DNA of 64,000 nucleotides from a virus (IMGVR_UViG_3300044735_000130:6176-70175); one strand, 5' to 3'. Positions 9,401 to 19,386 are shown, counted from the first letter of the stretch. Numbers and translations: made by a program. Notes: a model not told the origin generated them from the sequence alone.

Positions 9401-9562
9401 GCGCGCGGCGGAACTAGCTTCGACATCAATCCCGATGGCGCGGCGGTTCAGCTGTATGATATCCGCGCCTATACCACGGCGCTTTCCGCCGCCGATATCG
9501 CCTATTACTACGCCTCCGTGACCACAGCTAACGGGGGGTCCAAGGTATTACCCTTGGGATGA
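6452..9562 (+). CDS. Tail nozzle / tubular protein B-like with C-terminal LamG-like domain
   Basis: N-terminal F..GY..D.P..DL..D.M..LENF; beta-rich; C-terminal SLHFWVK..WHDFWIVRSG..VTAYQNG..YDIRAY..ALSAADI. Confidence 0.65.
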   Translation: MRGFLRRKNRSQAQQEVRFEQDRFNNGYIADIPGSDLPKDSMALLENFNAYPEYLEGRSGSQLYSSTALPGTGTIRSLFQHKTAKKFVLHRDSGIYMADSAISSWTTLLSYTPIQSVSPSGDTGGQLSLFYLQGVDRSNTNNGFLYWNLTNSGGTRTLDLYSNSGKTTKVATGSISGNGQMQITSVNASGLQGVVTVTYTGDDTDSGNTIFLTTGSSYVQAVDSTICPYKNDCILFSQNASTTNGGLLHLNLTTGKYAVLNSAGAAVGYGYGYYPLNGSGTQSATTPYGYRYIYTFSRITNSSGGVDTSLNRLTGNLVFESPSNASRDQTGATFANDYAEFWLANPISGSNSNTFYITFGGGALPVFLSNYAEGHFSHISLYRTLDIGVSGIDPVTGSGNSQETYVWVGDWPITQIQVTDNKTDAQLRSALGAGYGIKSRFWVNLPNGACGEVGNNFLYTAARAANNIYYCQLLDPRFIGYYNPAFQFMKLDDGVQVIAKSPDMISFICSNSTYVSSPNSYVDAGSSVTGPIYVLQHLTKASANIGCTDYGSFAPVDSANQLGQFGQGGATAFIARCSDNTIRIWNNSYWSNDLSSRRVNTIVQTMVAGSVGAYWKGVYRLYYRTNSGYTTTTNCLRFGMSTDGGFGWSQESGVALPLPQTYVGAGSFIDANGVQRMFCLDASDGLFYWIETFTSYSGSGLTKVFLDKVAANGSGGYTFTCKARFREVQGPLESLDLIHKEAHIFDRPYDESVGYPSGFSRSYLIYADGSSTASGTLSGVTKGADLQFFEAVLGKRLQPEVQFNQSGARLTGFEALFDSLNRANIGGGPSAYSEATYQADLAQNLKIWLTRPSNTLNRASGSAFTLTGTAPTSVSGPDGKTYALSFGSGASYSLAETTSYSNFSLHFWVKSATAGSRILQITGTNSFYVTFASSTSLSLNGAGSLTVSTIASGWHDFWIVRSGSTVTAYQNGAAVSGSVSVSTARGGTSFDINPDGAAVQLYDIRAYTTALSAADIAYYYASVTTANGGSKVLPLG

Positions 9563-12500
9563 CCTCCCAGGCTAACTTTACCCCCGAAAACATCTCCGAC
9601 GATGAATCTGGCCGCGGATTTCGGACCAAGACGCGGAACAATTTCAATTACCTCCAAATCGCCTTAAATTCGTTCCAGTCTTGGGTTCAAAACGCGCTGG
9701 AGGATTTGAAAAGCACAATCATCAAACCAGCGATTCGGGGCGGCTTTGCCGTCAATGATATCCGGTACTATGGGACGCTCTCGGCCGCCGTAGCCAATAT
9801 CCCCAGCACCTCTTCCCAGACCGTCCATATCACAAGCGCTCTGAGCATCGCCGCCGATTTAACCGTTCCCGCTAACATTTCCATTGTGATGGCTAAAGGC
9901 GGCAGCTTCGCCATCGCTTCCGGAAAGGTTTTGACCTTTAACGGCTCCTTTGATTCCCAAGGGAACGCTCTTTCAGACCTCTTCTCGGGTTCCGGCTCCT
10001 ATCGTTTTGGAAAAGCGGTTCGTCTGGTGGGGACCGGGTCGCCCGAAGGCGCCGTTTATGCTCCCGTGGGGTCGGAGTTTCTGCGGACGGATGGCGGCGC
10101 GACGAGCACGCTCTATATCAAAGAAAGTGGGACGGGAAACACGGGATGGACCTCTCCCGCCTCGGGCGCGCCCATCGGATCGGGCACAGCTGGCAAGCTG
10201 GCCAAATGGGCCACCTCCAGCTCCTTGACTGATTCTATTGTGACGGAATCCGGTGCCGCAATCACGGTTGGGGGAACAGTTCAAAGTAGTAATATCCGAG
10301 TCGGCGGCGCTCCTAGCTCGGCTCAAGGAATATCGGTGGATGGTATTGCCCTTACCTCCGTAAATCCGATTGGCATCCTATCTCAGCCCGCCTTCCCTTC
10401 AAGCGCTACGGGAAGCGCTAACGCGGCCGATTTCCAATTTAGGACCGCCGCGTCGTCTTTTACTGTGGCCACTGGCCGCGGCCTTTATATTGAATCCCCA
10501 TTGCTTGGCTCAGGTTCTGCAGTTACAACCCTAATTGGACTAGAGGTTGGAAATCAAACTGGCGGCGGAACCAATTATGCTATCAAAACAGGTTCTGGAT
10601 CCATATCACTTGGAGACACCTTAACTTTTAACCAGACAAGCGGATCTGGTGGTGGTGACGCCAGCATTTGGCGATCTGCTGGAGCAGGTCTTGCTGTTCG
10701 TGGTGTTGCTGGTAGTTCCTATGATTACGCGCTATTTAATCCCAGCGCTAACTACTTGATGAGGAATCCTACGGGCACCCAATCCCTGGAGTTTCCTGGG
10801 ACGGGCACGAATACCTTTGCTGGCGCAGTAAGCATGTCTTCAACATTGACTGTCACCAGCAATATCTCTTCGACCACAGGCTTCTTTTATTCGTCCCTGG
10901 TCACCAAGCCCACCTTTATTTTGAACGCGACGGGATCGAATTATGGTTACCTCGCAAACGTTACATCTACTACTTGGGCGCTTGGCTACGGTACAAGTCA
11001 GACCGCTCTAGGCACTTCTGCCCTTACCTGGGATGCCACGGGAGCCGTTTCTTTATCTTCGACATTGGCTGTTGCCGGTGCGATCACTGGGCAATCCTCT
11101 CTGGCTCTTACTGGAGCATCCGGAACTCTCACAGTTGGCAATACCGCTCAGACTATTTCCGGTATCAACGTCTCATCCCTCCTCACTGGACTGACGGGAA
11201 CCGATCAGCGCGGTATCAGTGCCACTCCCACATTCAGCTCTGCGGCCACCACGATGGGTCGCGGTTTACTCACACAGGTCAGAACTGCTGCTGCCGCATT
11301 CACGATGACCGATGGTATCGGTCTCAATATTCTGGATGCGAACAAGGGTTCTGGATCAGCGATCGCGACATTGTATGGCATTAAGGTAGAGGACCAGACG
11401 GGCGGTGGCACAAACTACGCACTCAAGACGGGGCAAGGCCAGGTTCAGCTTTCAGACTATGTTGGCATAGGTACTGGCGGACCCGCCAATGATGTCGGTC
11501 TTTATATCACCGCCGTTTCCAATTTTAGCTCGGCGACCGCGTTACAAGGATTCATGTCCGATGTTACGTACCCTGCGACAGCCACCAGTTCTATACGGGC
11601 TGCGCGCGCCCGTGTCCGAACTTCGGCCTCTTCATACACGGTAACCAATGCGATCGGGGTGAATATTGATACCCCGATTAAAGGCGCCTCCAGCTCCATA
11701 ACGAATGGGTATGGGCTAAAGGTGGAGGATCAAACGCAAGGCTCAACCGCAAACTACGCCATTTACTCCGGCTCGGGCCAGGTGAGATTTGGTGACAATG
11801 TTTTTGCGGAAGGAACGGGTTTAGGGTATTGGATCAATACGCCAGGCACTTTCACCTATGGCATGTACACCACGGGAACAAGCTTGGCTTTTAGGTCAGG
11901 CTCCACAACCCCCTGGCTTACCATCGATTCATCTGGACAGCCCACTTTTTCAACCGCAGCCACGTTCCAGCAGAATGTCTCCATTGCGGCCAACAAAACG
12001 CTGGCTTTAGGTACTGGAACCACGCTTTCCATAGGCAACAATTCCGGATTTTCTATTGGCAGCGGATCCACCGTGACTTTATCGGCCGCCACGACCATAA
12101 GCGGGCATCTGGCAATCGGATCGGCTGCGATTGTCGATGGCGCTTCCACAATAAGTTTGGTGGATACATTAGGTGGCGCCACTACCGATGGAGCGGGCGT
12201 TTATATCGATGTCACGTCCTCCACGAATACATCGGCGGTGCATAAGGGCATTAGCATCCGTGCCCAAACGCAAGCGGGCAGCTATACCGTCAATTCTAAT
12301 TATGGCGCTTATATCCGCAGCTCGGTTAAGGGCTCGGGAAGTACGCTAACCAATAATTATGGGCTTTACATTGAAAATCAAACCGTCGGTTCCAGCAATT
12401 ATGCCATAAAAACAAATACGGGAACCGTAGAACTTGGGGACATTCTTAGGCTGGGGCCAGCAGCGGCGTTGGATGATATTTTCCTAATTAACCTAGCATC

Positions 12501-13209
12501 TGTGCCCAGTAGAACGCCTTCCATAGCCGGCATACGAATTCAGTATACCGCAACCTCTTCTCATACCAGCGAAATTATTGGAATTGCAACCTCAATTAAT
12601 GGAGCCACAAGTACCGCAGTAACAAATGCCTACGCTCTGCAGATTGGCGCTATTTCGGCCGGATCAGGCGGATCGATTACCAACAATTATGGCCTTTGGG
12701 TTGGGGATGTTACCTCTGGAACGAATAAGTACGCCATCAAAACCGGCCTTGGATTAATTTCGATTGGCGATAATGCAACCATTACAAAAAGCATTAATGG
12801 AAATCTGATTTTAAGTATAAATAACTCCAGCAACGGCGCTAGCGCGACTAGCCTGCTTGAAATTACGGCCGGAGGAACATCTGCCAATTTTAACGGTATT
12901 CAATTTGATGTAACAGGGAATAGCAACGTCTTTCTTTTCGGAATGTCTCCTTCTTCCCAAGCCGTAGTGCTCCAAACCGGCTTAGGGGGAACAGCCTTCA
13001 CGGCATCTCAGGGGTCTATCGCAGGATACGCTAATTTGGCTCTTTTTGGCTCAGGTTCTTTTGGGGGCGGCAACAGCCTCTTGTTCATCAACAATACCAG
13101 TTCGCCTCCAACCAGTAATCCAAGTGGCGGCGGTCTTTTATTTGCCGATAGCGGCGCGTTGAAATGGCGGGGCTCCTCAGGCACCATAACCACGATTGCG
13201 CCGGCCTAA
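9559..13209 (+). CDS. Tail fibre protein
   Basis: G/S/T/A-rich; GTGSPEG..APVGS.F.RTDGG..TLYIKESGTGNTGW and C-terminal PTSNPSGGG..GALKWRGSSGT motifs familiar from phage fibres; five internal repeats. Confidence 0.75.
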   Translation: MTSQANFTPENISDDESGRGFRTKTRNNFNYLQIALNSFQSWVQNALEDLKSTIIKPAIRGGFAVNDIRYYGTLSAAVANIPSTSSQTVHITSALSIAADLTVPANISIVMAKGGSFAIASGKVLTFNGSFDSQGNALSDLFSGSGSYRFGKAVRLVGTGSPEGAVYAPVGSEFLRTDGGATSTLYIKESGTGNTGWTSPASGAPIGSGTAGKLAKWATSSSLTDSIVTESGAAITVGGTVQSSNIRVGGAPSSAQGISVDGIALTSVNPIGILSQPAFPSSATGSANAADFQFRTAASSFTVATGRGLYIESPLLGSGSAVTTLIGLEVGNQTGGGTNYAIKTGSGSISLGDTLTFNQTSGSGGGDASIWRSAGAGLAVRGVAGSSYDYALFNPSANYLMRNPTGTQSLEFPGTGTNTFAGAVSMSSTLTVTSNISSTTGFFYSSLVTKPTFILNATGSNYGYLANVTSTTWALGYGTSQTALGTSALTWDATGAVSLSSTLAVAGAITGQSSLALTGASGTLTVGNTAQTISGINVSSLLTGLTGTDQRGISATPTFSSAATTMGRGLLTQVRTAAAAFTMTDGIGLNILDANKGSGSAIATLYGIKVEDQTGGGTNYALKTGQGQVQLSDYVGIGTGGPANDVGLYITAVSNFSSATALQGFMSDVTYPATATSSIRAARARVRTSASSYTVTNAIGVNIDTPIKGASSSITNGYGLKVEDQTQGSTANYAIYSGSGQVRFGDNVFAEGTGLGYWINTPGTFTYGMYTTGTSLAFRSGSTTPWLTIDSSGQPTFSTAATFQQNVSIAANKTLALGTGTTLSIGNNSGFSIGSGSTVTLSAATTISGHLAIGSAAIVDGASTISLVDTLGGATTDGAGVYIDVTSSTNTSAVHKGISIRAQTQAGSYTVNSNYGAYIRSSVKGSGSTLTNNYGLYIENQTVGSSNYAIKTNTGTVELGDILRLGPAAALDDIFLINLASVPSRTPSIAGIRIQYTATSSHTSEIIGIATSINGATSTAVTNAYALQIGAISAGSGGSITNNYGLWVGDVTSGTNKYAIKTGLGLISIGDNATITKSINGNLILSINNSSNGASATSLLEITAGGTSANFNGIQFDVTGNSNVFLFGMSPSSQAVVLQTGLGGTAFTASQGSIAGYANLALFGSGSFGGGNSLLFINNTSSPPTSNPSGGGLLFADSGALKWRGSSGTITTIAPA

Positions 13210-13248
13210 AAAGGAAATAATAAGGAAGGCTCTTTTGAAAGGAAAAAG

Positions 13249-13416
13249 ATGAATACCCTGTCCGATATCAAAGCCCGTTTTCACGAACTTCAGCTGGAGA
13301 TGGGCAATCTAGTCTCCTTGATGGCGGCCGAGATCCTGGCTTTGCATAAAAAGCAGCAGGAGCAAGAGTCGAAAAGCGATTCTGCCCCCGCTTCAACCGC
13401 ACCCCAAACCGATTAA
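13249..13416 (+). CDS. Small coiled-coil protein (possible fibre chaperone)
   Basis: 55-aa ORF (MNTLSDIKARF...) with GAAAGGAAAAAG RBS; absent from the supplied track. Confidence 0.5.
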   Translation: MNTLSDIKARFHELQLEMGNLVSLMAAEILALHKKQQEQESKSDSAPASTAPQTD

Positions 13417-13423
13417 GCCTTTT

Positions 13424-13642
13424 ATGGATGGAGAAATGACAATGAGCACCCATGATCCAGAAATCTTGGAGCGGATTCGCGATCTGGAAATCAATCATGG
13501 GAGGCATGATGAGCGCATTAAATCCGTGGAAGATTTTGCCCGGGAGATGCGCTCCGCGATCAGCGGCATGCAGGTCAAGCTTGCGGGCGTGGTGGCCATT
13601 GTCACGATTGGAGTCGAGCTTGCGTTCCGGTTTATCAAATAA
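13424..13642 (+). CDS. Small membrane protein, coiled coil plus C-terminal TM helix (holin/XhlA-like)
   Basis: LERIRDLE...VKLAGVVAIVTIGVELAFRFIK. Confidence 0.55.
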   Translation: MDGEMTMSTHDPEILERIRDLEINHGRHDERIKSVEDFAREMRSAISGMQVKLAGVVAIVTIGVELAFRFIK

Positions 13643-13729
13643 CCCCATCGGATCAGGCGTTGGCGTAGGGATGTAAGCCCTTCGCTTCCATCCTTCCCGC
13701 CCGTATTAGGCCCTGTAAAAGGGGCTTAT

Positions 13730-14092
13730 ATGGCGTGGTGGAATCCGAAATCCTGGTTCAAGCCTAAAGCGGCTCCGGATGAGCCTCCCGCTGAAGCGCC
13801 GCCGAGTCCCATTCCCGGGCCCTACCCGCCCATTCCTGACGGCGTTCCTTGTCTTTGGGTGCGTTTAAATCCTGCGCATCCCTTCCAGGGCTTTGATCAT
13901 TACCTCGAAGCCGCCGAAAATCCATTTCCGACCGCCCTTCTTGTGCTACACCTCACTTCCGATGAGGCGCGCTTAAACCTGGTGGGAAAGGTGTTGGATT
14001 GGACGCGCCTTTCCCCAACTCAGCTGGACGATCTCGAAAAGCGAAACGCTTTCGCGATTGAGTACGCCGACCTTGTAAGGATGTTCCGCTAA
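13730..14092 (+). CDS. Hypothetical protein
   Basis: 120 aa; stop overlaps the next start (TAATG). Confidence 0.6.
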   Translation: MAWWNPKSWFKPKAAPDEPPAEAPPSPIPGPYPPIPDGVPCLWVRLNPAHPFQGFDHYLEAAENPFPTALLVLHLTSDEARLNLVGKVLDWTRLSPTQLDDLEKRNAFAIEYADLVRMFR

Positions 14093-17000
14093 TGCTGCTT
14101 TATTCGCGCAAACTAGACTGGATTTTGGGTGGGTTTGAATACCTGCACGCGGATGACCTGGTTGCCAATCCCGGTTCCGGCGGCGCCACCTTCCGTACGG
14201 ATCAGCTGCTTTCGGGGCAGCACGTTCCTTATACCAAGCTGATGAGCGGTACGGCAGATGATACCGCCGTGATCCCAGGGGACGCGACCAATGGTCTATT
14301 CGTCCAGGTCAAAGCCTCTGCTGCCGTCCCGGTCACGGACAACAGCGGCTCTCTGACCGTAGATAACGCAGGCACGTTTGCGGTTCAGGCCGCCCAATCG
14401 GGAACATGGACCGTGCAGCCCGGTAATACCGCGAACACAACCCCCTGGAAGGTGGACGCCAGCTCCGCAGCCGTTCCCGTCACGGATAATTCAGGGTCCT
14501 TGACCACGGACTTTTCCGGCCAAAAGACGCTGGATTATGACAGCGGCGCGGGAACGGATACGGTTCTGGGTGTCGGTATCCTTTTGCCCGCCAATGGAGG
14601 CGCGGTGGCCGGGGGGACCGCCGCGAACCCGGTTCAGGTTTCCTTGGCGAACACGGCCGCCAATAGCACGGCGGTTAAGGTCGACGGGTCGGCGGTCACC
14701 CAGCCGATTTCGGCGGCCTCTCTGCCCCTCCCTTCCGGCGCGGCTACGGCCGCTAAGCAGCCTGCTTTAGGGACGGCCGGCACGGCCTCTACCGATGTGA
14801 TCACGGTCCAGGGCATTGCCTCCATGACTGCGCTTAAGGTGGATGGCTCGGCCGTCACGCAGCCGGTCTCCGGCACGGTCACCGCGAATGCGGGTACGGG
14901 TCCATTTCCCGTTGCGGGTACGGTGGCTTCGGGTGCGGCTGACTCCGGAAATCCCGTAAAGGTCGGCGGCAAATACAATTCCACCCCGATCACCTTGACG
15001 GATGGCCAGCGCGGGGACGCGCAGCTGGACGCGAACGGGTATCTGAAGGTTAACGTCGCGGCCGGCGGTGCCTCCGGCGGGACCTCCTCTAGCTTTGGAA
15101 GCGCGTTCCCGTCGACCGGTACCGCTATTGGCGCCAAGGATTCCAGCGGCACCAATATGGCCGCGTTGAACCTGGATGCGTCCGGCAATTTAAAGGTCAA
15201 CTTGGCGGCCGGCGGCGGCTCCGGGGGCACGGCGCTCTCCGATAAAGCGGCTTTCACGGAGGGCTCGACCAGCTTTACCCCTGTTGGCGGCGTCTATAAC
15301 GAAACCATTGCCGCCGATCCAACTGAGGATCAGGCGGCCGCGTTTCGAATCACCGCGAAGCGCGCGCTCCATGTCAACCTTCGCGACTCTTCGGGAAATG
15401 AGCTTTCTGCAGGCGCGCAGTACGCCGAGGACGCCGCGCATACGTCAGGCGATCTGGGAACGCTGGCCTTGGTACGGCGCTCGGATACGGCCTCCTCTTC
15501 TTCGGGCACCGACGGCGATTACTCTACCTTGAATACGGATTCGAGCGGCCGCCTCTGGGTCAACGCTTCGGGTGCGGCGGTGCCGATTACGGACAACTCC
15601 GGATCGATCACGGTCGACAATGCCGGTACGTTTGCGGTGCAGGCGGATGGGTCCGTGGCTTCCGGATCGGCGGATTCGGGTGCTCCGGTTAAGATTGGGG
15701 GGAAGTACAACTCGACGCCCATCACCTTAACCAATGGCCAGCGCGGGGACGCGCAGCTGGATGCAAATGGGTATCTCAAGGTCAACGTCGCGGCGGGCGG
15801 CGCCTCCGGCGGGACCTCTTCCTCTTTCGGATCCGCTGTTCCAAGCACCGGTACGGCCGCCGGCTTCAGTGACGGCACCAACATGCAGTTGGCCCGCGTT
15901 TTCGATTTGGACTCGGGCGCCGGCACACAATATGGCCTCGGAGTCAATCTCCGCGCGTCTGCTTCAGGTGGTTCAGTGGAGCTCGCCTCCTCCACTTCCA
16001 GCCCCTCCGGATCCGAGCAAGCTTTAATCGTTCGGAATATCCCAAGCGGCACCCAAACTGTTTCGGGGACCGTGACCGCCAATGCGGGAACCGGAAACTT
16101 CGCCACCAATCTTGCCCAAGTAAATGGATCGACGGTCTCCACAGCGGCTACGGGTGTGCAGAAAGTTGGACTGGTCGGCAACGCGGGTGCGACCGTGGAC
16201 TCGACGGTGGGCGCGGGCTCCGCTCCTACAAACCAGGTAGTTGTAGGCTCCGTCTACAACACCTCCGCTCCCGCTCCGACCAATGGCCAGGCGATGGCGC
16301 AACAGGCCGATCAAGCAGGGAATCTTCGTACCTTCCCCGGCATTGCGCTTACGGCCCTTTCGGTGTGGAATAGCGGCACCTCTTTAAACGCCACGCAGAA
16401 CATTTTCACGAATTCCGGCGCTGCGGCGGTGCTGGTGCAGATCGTGCAGTCCTCTGGATCGTTTTCCGCGGGCGCCATCACCTTCGAAATCACTTTTGAT
16501 GGTAGCAACTGGGTAACCGCCTCCGCAGATGCCATAATCGATCCGACCAGCACCACGAACGCGACCCAAGCGATTCCGTATACGCTGGTTACAAGCACGA
16601 ACAAGCCCTTCTTGATCCTTTGTAAGGGTGCCCAAGGGCTTCGAATCAAACTGTCCACGGCGATTACCGGCACGGGCACGGTGACGCCAAACTACGCGCT
16701 TCTCCCCTATTCCCCGGTCCAGCAAACGGTCCTGGGGGCGGGCTCGGCCACGATTGGTTCCTTGGCCGCGAATCAAAGCGTGAACTTGGCGCAGATCGCC
16801 GCAACTACCACGGCGACGGGAAACGGAACGGCTTCGGCAGGTTGCCAGCGGGTGACCATCGCGAGCGACAATACTGCATTTAGCGTGAACGCGGCGCAAT
16901 CGGGGACCTGGACGGTTCAGCCTGGCAACACCGCGAATACGACGCCCTGGTTAGTAACTCCTACCCCTGCAACCTCCGGTGGCCTTTCCGTCTCGCGCCT

Positions 17001-17313
17001 TCTTTCTGCGGCGAGCACCAATGCCACGAGCGTGAAGGGTTCTGCCGGCCAGGTCTATGGCTGGTTCATTTACAACACGACTAGCTCGGCGAAGTTCTTC
17101 AAGCTTTATAACAAAGCGTCCGCCCCAACCGTGGGCACCGATACCCCCTTCATGACGATTCCGATTCCGGCTACATCGGGAACGAACGTGGAATACTCCA
17201 TGGGCATTCCCATGGGAACCGGGATCGCGTTTGCGTTGACGGGTGCGGTAGGCGACGCGGATACCACGGCCTTAGCCGCGAACGACGTGGTCGTCAACCT
17301 CTTGTATAAGTAA
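14092..17313 (+). CDS. Large Ala/Gly/Ser/Thr-rich repeat protein (putative fibre or decoration)
   Basis: 1073 aa with duplicated ~68-aa and ~20-aa blocks; inside the virion operon. Confidence 0.7.
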   Translation: MLLYSRKLDWILGGFEYLHADDLVANPGSGGATFRTDQLLSGQHVPYTKLMSGTADDTAVIPGDATNGLFVQVKASAAVPVTDNSGSLTVDNAGTFAVQAAQSGTWTVQPGNTANTTPWKVDASSAAVPVTDNSGSLTTDFSGQKTLDYDSGAGTDTVLGVGILLPANGGAVAGGTAANPVQVSLANTAANSTAVKVDGSAVTQPISAASLPLPSGAATAAKQPALGTAGTASTDVITVQGIASMTALKVDGSAVTQPVSGTVTANAGTGPFPVAGTVASGAADSGNPVKVGGKYNSTPITLTDGQRGDAQLDANGYLKVNVAAGGASGGTSSSFGSAFPSTGTAIGAKDSSGTNMAALNLDASGNLKVNLAAGGGSGGTALSDKAAFTEGSTSFTPVGGVYNETIAADPTEDQAAAFRITAKRALHVNLRDSSGNELSAGAQYAEDAAHTSGDLGTLALVRRSDTASSSSGTDGDYSTLNTDSSGRLWVNASGAAVPITDNSGSITVDNAGTFAVQADGSVASGSADSGAPVKIGGKYNSTPITLTNGQRGDAQLDANGYLKVNVAAGGASGGTSSSFGSAVPSTGTAAGFSDGTNMQLARVFDLDSGAGTQYGLGVNLRASASGGSVELASSTSSPSGSEQALIVRNIPSGTQTVSGTVTANAGTGNFATNLAQVNGSTVSTAATGVQKVGLVGNAGATVDSTVGAGSAPTNQVVVGSVYNTSAPAPTNGQAMAQQADQAGNLRTFPGIALTALSVWNSGTSLNATQNIFTNSGAAAVLVQIVQSSGSFSAGAITFEITFDGSNWVTASADAIIDPTSTTNATQAIPYTLVTSTNKPFLILCKGAQGLRIKLSTAITGTGTVTPNYALLPYSPVQQTVLGAGSATIGSLAANQSVNLAQIAATTTATGNGTASAGCQRVTIASDNTAFSVNAAQSGTWTVQPGNTANTTPWLVTPTPATSGGLSVSRLLSAASTNATSVKGSAGQVYGWFIYNTTSSAKFFKLYNKASAPTVGTDTPFMTIPIPATSGTNVEYSMGIPMGTGIAFALTGAVGDADTTALAANDVVVNLLYK

Positions 17314-18164
17314 TGCCTCGGCTAGGAATTAAAAGCGGGCTTGTGCCCGCGCCTGTCGCTTCGGGCCCGCAATACGGAATCCTGGCGCCCACGAACAACA
17401 ATACGGGGCCTGGGCCGACTCTTTTTGCTTTTACCGGTTCCGCGCTCATTCCGTTCGCGCCCGCGACATACATCTTTAATGTCTACTTCAATCAGGAAGC
17501 GGGATACTATACCACTTTCTTTTATGATCGCAACGACTGGAACGGGGATTACGGGAATGCTGTACAGGCAAACTCTTATTTTGGATGCCACCCCTATCCC
17601 TACACCACGGGCGTTGGAGCTACAGGCGCGAGCGGCACTGATCATCACTGGGAGGTGTCTGCAGAGGGCACTGATACCCCGATTACGCTAGGCGGAGTAG
17701 ATAGTAACGGCAACTCAACCCTGGTGACGACTGGCCAGTGGTTTCGCCAGGCCGTGCGCGTGACCCTGGTCGGCGGAAAGCCTCTGATTGAGTTCTTCTG
17801 GGACATCGGGACCGGAATGACTCGGTTGATCTCCAAGCAATTTGATGGCGTAGCGAATACGGGAAGTAATCCGGGGCTTGCTTTTTTGGCTACGCCTTGG
17901 ACCGCTCCGCAAACCTTTAGCACCATCGAGACAATGGATGGGATTTTGCGGAACCTCCAGCAATACCCCTCCGCGCTCTCGAACGCCAATATTCAAGCCG
18001 CTTCCGCCTGTAATTACGACAGCCAAATAGCGGCCTTAGGGCTAGGTGCGTGGTACTACAACGCGAATCCCAAACCGACTGACATCACCGATAAAAGCGG
18101 GAACGCGCACCATCCAGCGTGGGTGGACTCGCGCTATACCGGAACCCTCTGGACAGGACCCTAG
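17313..18164 (+). CDS. Putative virion protein, concanavalin/LamG-like beta sandwich
   Basis: W+ (WFRQAVRV) and MDGILRNLQQYPSALS.ANI motifs; coupled to the upstream gene. Confidence 0.5.
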   Translation: MPRLGIKSGLVPAPVASGPQYGILAPTNNNTGPGPTLFAFTGSALIPFAPATYIFNVYFNQEAGYYTTFFYDRNDWNGDYGNAVQANSYFGCHPYPYTTGVGATGASGTDHHWEVSAEGTDTPITLGGVDSNGNSTLVTTGQWFRQAVRVTLVGGKPLIEFFWDIGTGMTRLISKQFDGVANTGSNPGLAFLATPWTAPQTFSTIETMDGILRNLQQYPSALSNANIQAASACNYDSQIAALGLGAWYYNANPKPTDITDKSGNAHHPAWVDSRYTGTLWTGP

Positions 18165-18165
18165 T

Positions 18166-18525
18166 ATGGCCACCTTATTTACCCTCCCTCAGACCACCAT
18201 GACGCCGGGCGAACACGATTTCGGTCCTTTCAATGTCGCCGGCAGCGTCAATCAATACGTCATTACCCTGACGCAGGTCGGGTGGCCAGGCGCCGGCGAC
18301 ACCGCCTTTTCCTATTCCTGCGACGTGTCGCTGGATAATGGAACGACGTGGATTTCCGAAGCCGCGAACACGGTCTTAGACAATCCTATTCCCGCCAAAT
18401 TCGGGAACCCGGCAAATACGATGAAGATCGTATGCAACATTCGCGGAAGCGGCGCGCGCCGCGTCCGCATGCTGACCAATTGGGCCAAATCCCTGACCAT
18501 CTCCGGAACTATTGCGGCAAACTAA
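18166..18525 (+). CDS. Hypothetical beta-rich virion protein
   Basis: ATG at 18166 one base after the previous stop (MATLFTLPQT...). Confidence 0.6.
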   Translation: MATLFTLPQTTMTPGEHDFGPFNVAGSVNQYVITLTQVGWPGAGDTAFSYSCDVSLDNGTTWISEAANTVLDNPIPAKFGNPANTMKIVCNIRGSGARRVRMLTNWAKSLTISGTIAAN

Positions 18526-19239
18526 ATGGCGTACGCGTTTGTTTCCAGCACCGATTTTGGAGATACCACCTCTTCGACCACGGTGCAGCTTAGCTCCTAT
18601 ACCATTGCTACGGGAGAGCGGCTTCATGCGTGGGTGACCTATGGATCGGGAACCGCGGTTTCGGAATCGATGTCCGATGGAACGAATACCTGGTCCAAAA
18701 TAGGAACCACGCTGAGTGATTCTGGAAACACGCAGTCGTCGGTCCAGTTTGAATGCCTAAGCGCGACAGGCGGTACCTATACGATCACCTGTACCTTGGG
18801 TTCGGCTCAGGTTTACCGAGGCATTTGCGTGGCGCGATATACCGGTCTCGCTTCAACCGGTACAGGCCAAACTGCCGCAACCCATAACGTGGGTCCGGGC
18901 TCGGGAGCGGGCGCGGTAACCTCGGGTAATCTGACCCCTGCCGGCCAGCCCGGAATGCTTCGTGGCGTTTCGATGGACGATTCTGCCACGGAGTCCAGCT
19001 TGACCGCGGCGGGGGGCGCGACCAGCCGCGGCGCCATGAGCAACATCGAAACCTCTTTTTTCGTAAAGACCATGACCGAAGACAAATCGATTACATCGAC
19101 GTCCGCCGTTGCCGCCACCTTCACGGCCGGGTCGGGCACGGGAAACTTTTTGACTATGGCGTATTACGCCCAAGAGTCAGGTGGAGGCGGGGGCGGCTCT
19201 CCGGTTTCGCAACTCATGCTTTTAGGAGTCGGCCCATGA
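18526..19239 (+). CDS. Ser/Thr/Gly-rich putative virion protein
   Basis: 237 aa, abuts the upstream gene. Confidence 0.65.
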   Translation: MAYAFVSSTDFGDTTSSTTVQLSSYTIATGERLHAWVTYGSGTAVSESMSDGTNTWSKIGTTLSDSGNTQSSVQFECLSATGGTYTITCTLGSAQVYRGICVARYTGLASTGTGQTAATHNVGPGSGAGAVTSGNLTPAGQPGMLRGVSMDDSATESSLTAAGGATSRGAMSNIETSFFVKTMTEDKSITSTSAVAATFTAGSGTGNFLTMAYYAQESGGGGGGSPVSQLMLLGVGP

Positions 19240-19352
19240 TCCTCACCCATTTGGTCTTTTTTCAATTTTTCCCGGGCGCCGGCAACGCGGCGGACTTGCC
19301 CATTTTGGTTGCGTACAGCAAGATTCACCAGGGCATGGGCTTAGCCTTTTAA
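19236..19352 (+). CDS. 38-aa hypothetical peptide
   Basis: ATGA overlap with the upstream stop; MILTHLVFFQFF...GMGLAF. Confidence 0.4.
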   Translation: MILTHLVFFQFFPGAGNAADLPILVAYSKIHQGMGLAF

Positions 19353-19386
19353 GCCTCTCCGGTATTAAGCCGGAGAGGAGGGCGCC

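Noticed and set aside
14923-15858. Diversity-generating retroelement TR/VR pair
   Set aside because: Both copies lie in frame within one gene, differences are mostly synonymous rather than A-specific, and no reverse transcriptase is present
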